From positions 2,418,001 to 2,482,000 of the forward strand of contig CP089274.1 in the NCBI GenBank assembly GCA_023920165.1: 64,000 nt of DNA. Reading direction: 5' to 3'. Within the stretch, counting starts at the first letter, position 1, and every line of letters starts with the position of its first letter. Source of the stretch: Curvularia clavata. Lineage: Eukaryota. Positions 23,249 through 34,699 of the stretch are shown here, piece by piece. The notes below the pieces were generated by a model, which was given only the letters and a program-made list of their open reading frames with translations, searched no databases and had not been told where the DNA came from. The translations under genes were made by a program, and so were the position numbers.

Positions 23249-24328
23249 TTAGGTCACCTCACAGGTTCGTTCAGCTGTATGATTCTGGCCAAAATCGCAA
23301 CCAACAGACAACATATCTTCATAGCAACAGCTCCACACTATTCTCCCATCTTCTTGCTTGACTTTCTCTCCAGGATGGTAGACACAAGGCTCAAAACTAT
23401 TGGAGAAGAGCTCATGGCATTTGATGCAAGTTTTGGTCGCGCTCGAACTCGCTTTCTGAGTTCTAACCATTTTCTGGGTTGCTGTATCGGTATCTAAAGT
23501 GCGGTTGATTGTGAATGAGTCTTTGGGCGAGTTCTGTGACGGCATTCGGTTAGCATTTGGACGCGCTATCTTTTGCGCAGAAGGACCAGGACGGCGTAAT
23601 TCGCGGTCAGGACTAGGAGTTGATGGCCGACCAGGAATGGGCCGCCAACTATCAGGAGTTGAGAGGCTGTACGGCTCGTGCTCTGCTCGAGGTGTCGGTT
23701 GGAACGTGCGAGTATGCTGTCTGGCCTGACTTGTCTGGTCCCCGGGTCTCTGCCAGGGAAGCCTGTTTCTCCGTGGATTGTAAGGAGTATCCCCCGCCAA
23801 TCGCCTCTCGTTGTCATCTAGAGGAATGGGATCTCGTATGGGGTATTTCCCATGTTGGCTAATCATACCCCGCGCAGCAATCGAGTAAGGCGCTAGACCC
23901 CGTACGAGTGCTCCAGATAATGCAGGCGAGAGCTGGCAAAGCTCTAGAAGCACTCTTTGCAGATCATGGGGATCAGTCGTTGCAATTATGGCATGTAGGT
24001 GATTGGGATGGATCTGCCGTGTTTCCTGTGAACTACCACGCGCACGGCTAGACGTCGCGAGCGGGCTAGAGTTCTTTTGGACACGTGATGGCTGGCCGGG
24101 CTCCGGTTTGATTCGTGGAAGATGGCCATTCTCCTGTCTGGCGCGGAAAAAAGGGTGGAGCTCCTGTTTGACGTGTGGCGCACTGTGAGGCCATTCAGAG
24201 TATGGCTGAGGTTGTCGTGAAGGCGCGCGAATCTGTTCTTTTGTGCGTGGTAGAGATTCTGGCTCTGGGGAGGAAAGTGTGAGATCGATCGTGTCAAAGT
24301 CATTCCCATTCCCTTGTGGGGGCGCCAT
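23249..24328 (-). CDS. Uncharacterised disordered protein with C-terminal Cys/His zinc-binding motif
   Basis: 359-aa ORF from an ATG; ends CIKC..CVYHPG..WSCC..GC..H; N-terminal TIDLT resembles a SUMO-interacting motif. Confidence 0.75.
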   Translation of the reverse strand: MAPPQGNGNDFDTIDLTLSSPEPESLPRTKEQIRAPSRQPQPYSEWPHSAPHVKQELHPFFRARQENGHLPRIKPEPGQPSRVQKNSSPLATSSRARGSSQETRQIHPNHLHAIIATTDPHDLQRVLLELCQLSPALSGALVRGLAPYSIAARGMISQHGKYPIRDPIPLDDNERRLAGDTPYNPRRNRLPWQRPGDQTSQARQHTRTFQPTPRAEHEPYSLSTPDSWRPIPGRPSTPSPDRELRRPGPSAQKIARPNANRMPSQNSPKDSFTINRTLDTDTATQKMVRTQKASSSATKTCIKCHELFSNSFEPCVYHPGEKVKQEDGRIVWSCCYEDMLSVGCDFGQNHTAERTCEVT

Positions 24329-25088
24329 GATAAGCTAAGAATAATGGAAACCCAAGAGGGCTGATTGCGACACGACGTTGTTGTCGACGTGAAGTGTCGC
24401 TGACTGTCAGCCTACGGCAGAACGCTTCGGAGCCGAGACCCGATGCGAAAACAGGTTAGCGCAGACAGCTCACGGCTAAGTACTTTCTCATACCACCATA
24501 CATCATGTGCCGTTTATAGCCTACTCCGTATTGAGAGATGAATTATTCACTGCCACAGCATCATACGAACGGCGATCATCGAGAGGCTTACATGCTAGAG
24601 CCCATGAATTGGCCCAACACAACACTCGCTCAGGTCCGCTTCGGTATGGACTGGTTCCTGTTCAAGCACTACGTACTTATGTAGGTCACAGTAGTTCACC
24701 TCGCTACGCTCACAGCGCAGAATGCTTATTTCCACTGCCGCGTCACCTGGCCTGCTTGCGCATAGCGCACTAGTATGCATGTACAGACCGTCTAGTGCAC
24801 AGACTGAAATATATGAGGGGCTGTCTGGGGTAGCCGCCATTTCTCCGAAAACGACCGCTGTGGTTGTTTCGGGTTTTTCCATCATGGAAAAAACACATTA
24901 AATGACAAGGGGTGTGATTCCGTTGTGGATGGCAATTGGGGCCCCTTGCACAACTATCCATTAACGCCCGTTGAAACTGCATGGGCTGAACGACTGGGGT
25001 TCAGACTTATAAGTACACCATCCCAAGCTCAATTTGTGACCGTATCCTTCGCTGCTCAGTGCCTTTGTCTCTTTATTATTGAATAACG

Positions 25089-26105
25089 ATGCGAGCCACC
25101 ATCGCATTTGTACTTTCGCTTGCCGCTGGCTCTGCCGCAGCACCTGTTGAACATGTTCCACGCGCCGGGTCTATTGCTCGTACATCAGCCCCTGCTGGTT
25201 GTTTGACCGTAGGCGGTAGTGGCAAATACAAGACTGTACAGTCTGCCGTAAATGCCCTCAGCACTTCCACCACGAATTCACAGTGCATCTTCATCTCCAA
25301 GGGCACCTACAAGGAACAGGTCTATATTCAACAACTCAAGTCGCCCCTTACGATCTATGGCGAGACTCAGGACACAAGGGATTACCAAGGAAACACTGTC
25401 ACCATCACCCAGGCCAAGGGCAGTGACACTGTTCCCACCAACGACGAGACCGCTACCCTCCGCGCATGGACAAGCAACTTGAAAGTCTACAACGTCAATC
25501 TTGTCAACACTCGCGGCCAAGGGGCGGTGGCACTTGCCGTGAGCGCCTGGGCAGACAAGCAAGGCTACTATGGATGCGCATTCAAGGGCTACCAAGACAC
25601 CGTGTTGGCACAACTCGGTAACCAAGTCTACGCAAAATCTTACATCGAAGGCGCCACCGACTTTATCTGGGGCCAGAAGGCGACGGCATGGTTCGATGGT
25701 TGCTATATCGGTGTGCTGAACGCTGATCACGGCTGGATCACAGCTAACGGCCGCGACTCCACCTCCAACCCGTCGTACTATGTGATCAACAAGTCCAAGG
25801 TAACCAACGCCATTGGAGCCAAGGTTGCAGCTGGTGCTTTTTACCTCGGTCGTCCATGGCGGAATTATGCTCGTGTTGTATTCCAGCAGACGAGCCTTAG
25901 CAATGTCATCAATCCTCAAGGCTGGTCAATTTGGAATACCGGCGACGACAGGACTGACCACGTTTCCTTTGGCGAATACAAGAATACTGGGGACGGGACC
26001 AAGGGTACGAGGTCATTTGGAAAGACCCTCAGTGCCGCTGTCAGCATCACCGAAGTATTGGGAAGCAACTACAAGGACTGGGTTGACGTGTCGTACTTGT
26101 CTTAG
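25089..26105 (+). CDS. Secreted pectin methylesterase (CE8)
   Basis: Signal peptide; motifs GTYKE, GYQDT, DFIWG and YLGRPW; TATAAG near 25008; intronless. Confidence 0.95.
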   Translation: MRATIAFVLSLAAGSAAAPVEHVPRAGSIARTSAPAGCLTVGGSGKYKTVQSAVNALSTSTTNSQCIFISKGTYKEQVYIQQLKSPLTIYGETQDTRDYQGNTVTITQAKGSDTVPTNDETATLRAWTSNLKVYNVNLVNTRGQGAVALAVSAWADKQGYYGCAFKGYQDTVLAQLGNQVYAKSYIEGATDFIWGQKATAWFDGCYIGVLNADHGWITANGRDSTSNPSYYVINKSKVTNAIGAKVAAGAFYLGRPWRNYARVVFQQTSLSNVINPQGWSIWNTGDDRTDHVSFGEYKNTGDGTKGTRSFGKTLSAAVSITEVLGSNYKDWVDVSYLS

Positions 26106-26511
26106 GCTAGTACGGTACATGGAAACTCGGTTTAAAAGGTTTATTATCTTCATGTCAATATCTTGTTAACAACAGAAAGTACATATCTCAATGGGCCAAG
26201 GCTCCACACGTACCATTTCAGTGATTCTCAAAGAAAATTCAATCTAAAGTTTAGTAGATGATTCACATGTAAAGTTTCGGTGCTTTCAGCCTCAACGCAT
26301 GTGTAGTTGAGGTGATTACAGTCTAGATGCAGGCGTGCGACCAATACAAAGAGGCAGGAACACGCGCTTGACCCACTTGCGGGTCACGCGCGGCTTAGCT
26401 ACTTTTACTTTGCTCACCGGCAACTAGAAAAGAGCTTCTTTAAATATCAACCTGCACTCCGATACTTTGCGTGAAGTTCTCTTCCCGTCTTACGAGAGCA
26501 TCTAGTAAGCC

Positions 26512-27893
26512 ATGTCATACGGTACGCTGCAAGACACTCCGCCAACGGGCGGACGTGCCAAGGTGCGCTTTGCACCGGGCACCTTGCCGACGCCTACATC
26601 ATCGCATCACCCCGATGAAGACTCGACTTCGGACACGCAGAACGAAACATTCTGGCAAAGAACAAGATCGGGGCTGCAAAGTTTCTACGACCGTAATTTT
26701 GGTCTCTTTCTCGTCTTCCTTGCTCAATCATGCGGATCTATTGTGAGTTGTTTTCCCTTCAGATTCTGCTTCTGTTGGCTAATCATAGCTTAGATGAATC
26801 TTGCAGCGAAATTGCTGGCAAATGATCCAAGCATAAAGTTTCATGCTTTGCAAATTATTTTCATCCGTATGATATCCACCAGCATCTTGTGCTCGATATA
26901 CTGTTGGTACCACAACATACCGGACTTCCCTTTTGGAAAGAGGGGTATCAGGTGGCTACTGGTGCTCAGAGGATCGTCGGGATTTGTTGGCTTGTTCGGC
27001 ATATACTGTAAGTGTATTTTGTGCCCCTAGGGCATTTTCTGGACCTGCTGCTCTTAGCAAGAAAGGAGAGCTAGGCTTGGCAGGCGGATAAAAAACATCG
27101 ATAGTAAAAGCATCAACAAAGCTCGAGCCAATACTGACGTACTGTTTTAGATTCCCTGTCTTGGCTTGAATTCTCCGACGCCACCGTGATAACTTTCCTC
27201 GTTCCCACCATGACAGCCATCGTCTGTTTCCTCTGGCTCCGCGAGCCATTCACGTGGAAAGAAGCCCTCTGCAGTCTGGTCGCGTTCTTGGGTGTGCTGT
27301 TTGTCGCCCGTCCAACCTGGTTGTTTCCCCATACGCACCGCCCTTCTTCAGATGACCCCAAAGCCCCGGTGTTCTCTGTTACACCCGAGCAGCGCGCCCT
27401 GGCTATTGTTGTCGCCATTGTTGGCACGTTAGGAGCCAGTACCGCCTATTCTACGATCCGCGTCATAGGAAAGCGCGCTCACTCCTTGGTGTCGGTGAAC
27501 TACTTTGCTTTCATCTCGACTGTGGCGTCTTTTTTAATTCTCCTTGTGCACCCAGACCTGCATTTTACCCTTCCCACTACCGCGCTCCAGTGGGTTTTAA
27601 TCGCCATCATTGGTTTATTTGGATTTCTGCTACAATTCCTGCTCACGGAGGGTTTGCAACGGGAGAAGGGTGGGAGAGCCACTAACCTAATGTATCTGCA
27701 ACTGGTATTCGCACTCGTGGTTGAGAGAGTCATTTGGGGCACCACACCGCCTGTGGAAAGTCTGGCAGGTGCGGCACTCATTATTGCAGCAGCGATTGCG
27801 GTCAGTCTGCAGAAGCAGGCTGAAAAAGGAGAGGGGAAGGGGAAGCAGGCCGAGGACGAAGAGACGAGGCTGTTGGAGGCAGAGGCCGAGTGA
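26512..27893 (+). CDS. EamA/DMT superfamily transporter
   Basis: Introns 26743-26793 and 27008-27150 join three ORF pieces in frame: LQIIFIRM..LLVLRG..GIYYYSLSWLEFSDATVITFLVP..LREP..IRVIGKRAH..LTEGLQREKGGRAT. Confidence 0.9.
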
Positions 27894-28846
27894 GGCGAGC
27901 AACATCTTTTCTGGTGCAACGTTCTGCATAGCAAGCTGGTTGGAAAGACATGGCAAGTGAAAAGTTTACACTGGGAGGCGCTATATTCGGAGCTCATGTT
28001 GTCTTGATATTCTTTGCGAGCATTAGTTTAGATCAAACAACCGACTTGTATACTTGGTCATCAAAATGCGCCCAACCATCTAATATGAATCAATGCGGAC
28101 CTCGGTGAGAAGACTGTAAGGTTCAACAAACTTGCTGCTAGATGTTTAGTGTTGTTTATGAATGTCAACCATTGCTTTGTTGTTTCGAGCAAGCGAATGA
28201 GCAGTATTTGTGTAAGCCACGCAAGTAGTGGGTCTCCCTAGCGTCGTGGTCTTATCGTCTTATCGCCGCTGCGGGGAAGACGCGACGCGACTGCATGTCT
28301 GATTCCATGTACCACGAATACGGTCGAGTGTCGATTGACATGGCCATCTGCACAGGACCAGATGGAATATCTAGTTCCGTCCAGAGTTACATGATAGGTA
28401 CCATTGGCCAGTGATGACGCGATGAAGCAAGTCACGCGCATGGCAACGTACCCCACAAACCATGATAAGCGGCCGCCCGGAGCTTACGCGCAGCGCGGGG
28501 ATACGGCAACGCCACCACTCCCTGAGAGCACATCGCCTGATTCTCTACCCTTCTCCGAAACTTTCCTGACATATCGCATCAGTATCGACTCTAAAATAGA
28601 CTGCATTGTTTAGAGAACCCTTCCACCCCAACTGGCCTGGTGAATTCGTCACTTCATGTGACCACTATCCGCTGTATCAGCCCTGCTCCGAGGAGCCGCT
28701 GGTGCCTTGCCGTAAAGCGTAATCGATACAACGGTAATCATATTCAGCGATATACTTTTGTATCAAATCTGACACGCCAGTCCAGGTCATCTCTCTAGAG
28801 TATTGTCCATCCCAATTCCTAGCGAATCTACCCCTTTACCTTGACA

Positions 28847-31800
28847 ATGACCTGGTGGCGTCGCGACTCGACCTTCTCCCCTGTTCAGCGCTACGCCCAA
28901 CGATTACTCCGCTCGCACGAATCTGCTCTTCGTGCACGAGGCTTCTCCCGGACGCCACCCCAGAACGCCCAACATGGAGATGACAAAGGATCAGATCGTC
29001 CAGCTGGCATGTCCAACCTGGAGTGGATGCAATTGCAGCACTATCAGCGGTGGCGAAAGAAGCTGATGGAGGATCCATATCAGACTCTGTTTGGCGCGAG
29101 CAATGACATGCTGAATGGGAAGGGGTTAAAGGACTGGGAATGGATTAGTAACTCCTTTCCCAAATGGATGCTGAGGGAGATGGGCGGCCATGAAGATGTC
29201 AACCCACCATCAAAGCGTGACAAAGACGCGACTTCCTCGAAGAGATACCCGAAGACGATAGAGATAGAAAACGATATGCCAAGTGCTCCTAAGGAGAGGG
29301 AATCGTATTTCCCGCAGCCTACGCCTAGGGCAACACGAATTGGCGGCGATGATTTTCGCGGCATCATATCACCTTCAGATCTGAGGAGACCAAGAGAGCA
29401 CCCTGAGGTTACAGTCATTGGTAAAAGCGTAGAAGCTAGCACCAAGCCTACCTCTGATACTCATGGTTCCACAGTTCCAGCAAGCGCATCTCAGTCTTCG
29501 CAATATTCGCCACCAACACCGCCAAAGAGCACACAGTCGTTCAGCGACTATATAGTCAAGACAAAGTCGAACGCGGCAAGCAAGGTCGAGCAATTGGACA
29601 AAACTCAAAACGAGAGGGGGGCCTCTTTCATGGATGGCTTTCTTTCGGAAAGTCCCCAGCAGGAAGAGCCAGATGGCAGTATCTCGTCTAATGTCTCCAC
29701 TTGGAAAGAGACTACACTTCAGAGACGTTTATTGCAAGATGATGTGAAGAAGTATGAAGTCAGCAATGAGAGTTCAGTAGGTACCCCAGTCGTCAAGGAA
29801 AGCGAAATCGCATCGTCGACTCCAGTCGTAAGCGAGTACCCTCCAGCGCCACCAGTGACAGACAGTATCCCTGCCGTAGCCACACATGAAAAGCAAAAGC
29901 TGCCAACAATGGGAGACGTAAACCCACCTGGAGATCGTGCCTCACCTATTCAGTCGACTTCAGAGACACTGAGCCAATTGCCCGAAGATGACATTGATTT
30001 CCTGAGTGCGGCTGATATTCGTGCGTCCATGGGCATGAAGAAGAGCAAAATCCTCGGCGAAGAACAAAGGAAAACTGAGCGAGAAAACTTGGAGAAGTCG
30101 TTTACAGACGCACATGTTGAGAACAAAGGGGTCGACCCAATGATAGAATCCAAGGTCATCAATGACCAACTCGTCCGTCGCATAGAGCGTAAAATGCAAA
30201 GGCTGGATGAGTCAAAGGAGGCTGATGAGTCCCAACCGACCCCACAATCTGTTCAGACGTCGAACCTGGCAAGCGAGACCCAGATAGAGTCTAGTATTGA
30301 ACGCATGAGATCTTGGCTCGAGCAAGGCGGTGCCATATTCTCAAACTACTTCTGGCAGGATCCGACAGAGGAAGCGGATGCAAAGAAGACTCGTCTGTTC
30401 TTCGACAAAGTACTTGCGCGGATTCGCAAGGGACGCTCAACCATGAAAGAGGTCATTGAGGATCTAGAGACAGATATTCCTTCGTCCAAGCCACTTCTGA
30501 AGCGAATGAAAGCTGACGAAGACCTTCTGGACTCTGCCATCCATGCTCTACGACAACGCTCAGGCAGTGGCAAGATGCAACCCTTGACACCCAAGAAAGT
30601 CCGAGCTATACAATCCTTGCGCTTGAAGTATCAGGACACTGACAGTGACCTGAACAAGGCTTACGCGGCTCTTCAAGAGATCGACAAATCCGATAGTGCC
30701 AAGAACATGCCCTTGGCGTTCAAGCAGCGACTTGGCCTGGCAGCGAAGATCATACAGAAGAACGCACATCTTACGCGTTATTTGATCTGGAGTTTGCAAG
30801 CTCGTCTCGAGGACCCGGATATTGATCCAGCCATGTTGCCAAACTACAAAGCTGTGGCAAATAGCTTGTTGACCCTAAGAGATACACAAATGGCGTTATC
30901 TCGGTTGGTGGACCGTGCTATGTTGGTATACGGTGTAGTGCCACAGGCTGTGGAGAATGTCGACTCGATGGGCCAAAGCGGCGTAAACACATCGACTGAG
31001 CATGGGCAGATCCGTCCTTCAGAGTTACCTGCCAGTATGACCGAGGTTGACAAAGCCCAGCTTCGTGCTAAGATAGCTGCGGAAGAACGCCTTGCCAATG
31101 AAGTCGACGCACAAAAGTCTGCAATGCGCGGGCTATCAGATGATGGTTACGTGCGTGAATCGAACAAGAAGGAAAAGAAACCCTTTGAAGGGCGATCTCC
31201 ACTCGATCATAGCCTCTATAGGCCCTTTGGAGAGGTGCTGCATAGCTTGGGCAGTGAACTACCTTTGGGAATGGAAGAGACCAAGCCACAAGAGAAAGTA
31301 GCACAGAAGTACAACGACGATGAACTAGTTGTCGAGCTCCAGAAGGCTTATGAAGACACATATGGGCCGATCACCGCTGGCCATATGCAACTAACAGATG
31401 CAGCTGAAGGGACAAAGCAGGAACAAGAGAACGACTTCAAGAAGTTTGACATGTTGAAGGAAGATCCCACAGCAAGTGATGATTCGCTTGAACAGACTGG
31501 TGTCACACAGATGCCCGAAACCCAAGTCACCGAGGAGACAACAAAGGCGCTTGTCCCTCCAGAAGCAGTACAAGAGGAAGTTGTACTTGCACAGCCCGAG
31601 TCCTCCGCTAAGGATCCTACTTCAATTCCTCAAGTTGCCGAAGAATCTGCCCCTGAGACACCCTCCACGACGAACTCACCCCCCGTTTCAATCACTAACC
31701 TCCCAACCCACTACACCATCCTGATTCACGACGCCGAAACCAACTCTCTCTCCCTCACAACCTCGACCTCGCCCCCACCCCGCGACACAACGGCCCCCAT

Positions 31801-32323
31801 CCCCCTCCATACCGCCCTCTCAACCCTCTCTTCTCCCTCAAAATTCATCCCGCACATAACCGCCAACTTGGAGATCGTAACCGCCAAGCCAGACATGCTC
31901 ATCTTGCGCGACGTAATCAACCCCACAACCCTACCTTCATCCTCCCCCAATGTCATCGCAAAGCCCCTTCAACCCACGGAGCCCAACGACACCACAGAAG
32001 CCCCACCACCATATGACTCCGATGTCCAACGCATAGGCACCGTGAATCCCATTGATGGCACTACGCGCCTCTCGCCGACAGGTTACGTCGGACCGGCTGA
32101 GAACCGGGAGCAGCTGGAGAAAGAATTTGAAGAGAGGAGACGCGCAGCAGAGCAGATTGCTGTTTTGGGTGCTGTGGGTGAGAAAGGGTATGCGGAGCAG
32201 ACGGGGCAGACGGGTGAGAAGAAGAGGCGTTCTGGAGGGCGCGGTGCGGGCGTGGTTAAGACGGCGATTTGGGCGGCGGCGACGTGCTATGTTGTTGGTG
32301 TTTTGGGGGAGCTTGTTGGATAA
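28847..32323 (+). CDS. Large uncharacterised protein (1158 aa), possibly mitochondrial, with C-terminal hydrophobic anchor
   Basis: Intronless ORF. Arg/Ser-rich N-terminus; islands EDPYQTLFG, LSAADIRA, YEDTYGPI and NPIDGT; C-terminal KKRR..VVKTAIWAAATCYVVGVLGE. Confidence 0.85.
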   Translation: MTWWRRDSTFSPVQRYAQRLLRSHESALRARGFSRTPPQNAQHGDDKGSDRPAGMSNLEWMQLQHYQRWRKKLMEDPYQTLFGASNDMLNGKGLKDWEWISNSFPKWMLREMGGHEDVNPPSKRDKDATSSKRYPKTIEIENDMPSAPKERESYFPQPTPRATRIGGDDFRGIISPSDLRRPREHPEVTVIGKSVEASTKPTSDTHGSTVPASASQSSQYSPPTPPKSTQSFSDYIVKTKSNAASKVEQLDKTQNERGASFMDGFLSESPQQEEPDGSISSNVSTWKETTLQRRLLQDDVKKYEVSNESSVGTPVVKESEIASSTPVVSEYPPAPPVTDSIPAVATHEKQKLPTMGDVNPPGDRASPIQSTSETLSQLPEDDIDFLSAADIRASMGMKKSKILGEEQRKTERENLEKSFTDAHVENKGVDPMIESKVINDQLVRRIERKMQRLDESKEADESQPTPQSVQTSNLASETQIESSIERMRSWLEQGGAIFSNYFWQDPTEEADAKKTRLFFDKVLARIRKGRSTMKEVIEDLETDIPSSKPLLKRMKADEDLLDSAIHALRQRSGSGKMQPLTPKKVRAIQSLRLKYQDTDSDLNKAYAALQEIDKSDSAKNMPLAFKQRLGLAAKIIQKNAHLTRYLIWSLQARLEDPDIDPAMLPNYKAVANSLLTLRDTQMALSRLVDRAMLVYGVVPQAVENVDSMGQSGVNTSTEHGQIRPSELPASMTEVDKAQLRAKIAAEERLANEVDAQKSAMRGLSDDGYVRESNKKEKKPFEGRSPLDHSLYRPFGEVLHSLGSELPLGMEETKPQEKVAQKYNDDELVVELQKAYEDTYGPITAGHMQLTDAAEGTKQEQENDFKKFDMLKEDPTASDDSLEQTGVTQMPETQVTEETTKALVPPEAVQEEVVLAQPESSAKDPTSIPQVAEESAPETPSTTNSPPVSITNLPTHYTILIHDAETNSLSLTTSTSPPPRDTTAPIPLHTALSTLSSPSKFIPHITANLEIVTAKPDMLILRDVINPTTLPSSSPNVIAKPLQPTEPNDTTEAPPPYDSDVQRIGTVNPIDGTTRLSPTGYVGPAENREQLEKEFEERRRAAEQIAVLGAVGEKGYAEQTGQTGEKKRRSGGRGAGVVKTAIWAAATCYVVGVLGELVG

Positions 32324-32774
32324 GGATTTGAATGGGTTGTGAATGTGCTCTAGAATGGTCTTTGTCTTGCACATTTGTATCTGTTCTATCTCCTTTGTTT
32401 TTCTCAGACACGGTTGTAGGTGTTGGTTAGGCGAGTTTTCACTCTTCATGCTCAAAGCCTTGGTTCACACCACTCTTGATTTCAATCTTTGGTGTTAGTT
32501 AGGGCATGTACGATTATGTATAGTTCAATGAAACAATTCTGCTACATCACTGAAGAACTCAGAAAATATGCTTATTGCTTGTTGTCATTATATGTCTATT
32601 CATTCTATGATTTTTGGGTAAACGACTGGTATCATCCTGCGTGCCGCCCACCTTGCGGACACGTCACTCTCATCATATCAAGACCGGCTAAAAAGATACT
32701 GTACACATACTACCTACCTCAAGAGTTGAGGCCGGTAACGAAAAAGCTGTCGAAACGAAAAATCTCAAGAAGGT

Positions 32775-34558
32775 TTAGAAGTGCGGCGTGTTCAGTGCCA
32801 TAGCCATCATAAGACCTGATATCAAGCCTGCGCCAGGCAACGTAATGATCCAACCGGAGAAGATAAAAGCAACCTGCTTCCAGTTGACAGCTTTGACGTC
32901 GAAGTTGCAGAGGGCGACACCAATCGTGGCGCCCGTTAGACACTGGGTGGTGGAGACGGGGAGTGCGAGACGAGAAGCAAGCAGCACGGTGATGGCAGCA
33001 CCGAGCTCCATGGAGAAACCACGGGTAGGTGAGACTTGAGTGATCTTGTTGCCGAGAGCGCGCATGATGTGGTAGCCGTAGAACCAGAAACCCAGGCCGA
33101 GGAGCAGACCGGCGACGACGAGGATCCAGATAGGGGTGTCAGCTTCCTTGGTGACGATGCCGGAGGTGTAGGTATTGTAAGCGCCTACCCAGGGGCCGAC
33201 AGCATTGGCAACTATAGAGACATATTAGTGTTGGTACTGTGGAGATGTAAGAATTTCTGCTTACCATCGTTGGAACCGTGAGCAATAGACATCATCATTG
33301 CGGAGGCAACCTGGGCATATGTCCAGAGATGTTCAACGCGGTTATCGTAGACGACTGCACGAGCGTGGATTGCGCCGAGGTTCTTCTGAGTAACGACATC
33401 GCGGGAAACTCCCTGGAGGAGAATGAACTTTGTCCAATTCATGATCTTCTTAGGCGAGTAGATGGGCAAGTGCTTGACAGGCTCTAGCCAACGCTCCTCA
33501 GGCTCTGGCTTTGCAGGGACAAGGTGCACAACGGGACCCTCGCGAGGAACAGGGTTGGAAAGACCACGGCCAGCGCGCTCAATGTCGGCGTTGTCGTTAT
33601 CGCCAGAAGACTTGTTGTCAAGAGACGTAGAGCGACCATCACCCTTTTCGCCCTTGAGGTTGTCCTGAAGAAGCTGGCTGTCTGCAGGGGCTGCCTTTGC
33701 GTAATAGTCGGTGACAACCTGGTCGCCCTTGCCGGGGAAGTAGATGGGAGGGTTCTCGCGGTACAGAAGAGGACCGAGCGGAATATGCCAGAACCTCATC
33801 CTGGTGTCGCCCTTGACAAGGCGACGAGTGAAGTAGGGAACGAAGAAGATGTAAGCAATGGCAAGAATGCCAAAGAAAACACCAAGGATGATACCACAGC
33901 CTTTTCCAGCGCCCATCTCCTCGAGAGACTGTCCGTTTGGAAGCTCATCGATGATGAACAGAGCAAGAATACCAGCGGTAAAAGCAAGATAGAATGGGAT
34001 CATGCGGAGACCCCACTTGAGAGGGTCCTTTCGCTGGAGAACACCGAACTTGACAGTCAAGAACAGGATGGCAGAAAAGGCGGCGGAGATAAAGGGAGCA
34101 ATGACCCAGGAGGCGGCAATCTGAGAGATGGAACCCTTCTTCCAACCCCAGCTAAGAGGTGACTGAGCGGCAATACCGACGCCGGCCAGAGCTCCGACAA
34201 CGGTTTGGGTAGTCGAGACAGGCATACCGGAAAAGGTGGCGATGGTGAGAAAGGTAGCAGAGCCGACTTCGGCACAACCCATGGCCAGCATAAGTGTGGC
34301 GGGGGAGGACTTGAATGTGTTGAGGTCGAAGATACCGCCCTTGATAGTACCAGTGACACGGGCACCGAGGGCGACAGCACCAAAGAATTCGGTGAAGGAC
34401 GCCAGGATGCCGGCCTGCCACATCTTTATGGTCCGAGCAGCCACCGAGGTAGCATACGAGTTGGCGACATCGTTGGCACCATTGGAAGCTGACGAGGCGA
34501 CAAAGGCAATGGTGGTGATGGCAAGGATCCAGTCGTACTTCTTCAGTGCGGGCGCCAT
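32775..34558 (-). CDS. PHO89: PiT-family Na+/phosphate symporter (Pho89 / Neurospora PHO-4 type)
   Basis: Signature motifs GANDVANSYATSV and, across intron 33264-33212, HGSNDVANAVGP; both PVSTT motifs present. Likely start MAPALKKY at 34558. Confidence 0.95.
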
Positions 34559-34699
34559 GGTCAAAGAAGAATGGCGGGCTGTTGCGCCTTTCTGACCGGA
34601 AGAAGTGAGAGTTTGTGGGGTGGTTTGAATGAGGAACCCTCCAGCGGATTGAACGTAGTAGTTCTTATATAGACATGATTGCCTTGTGGTGTGTGGGAC

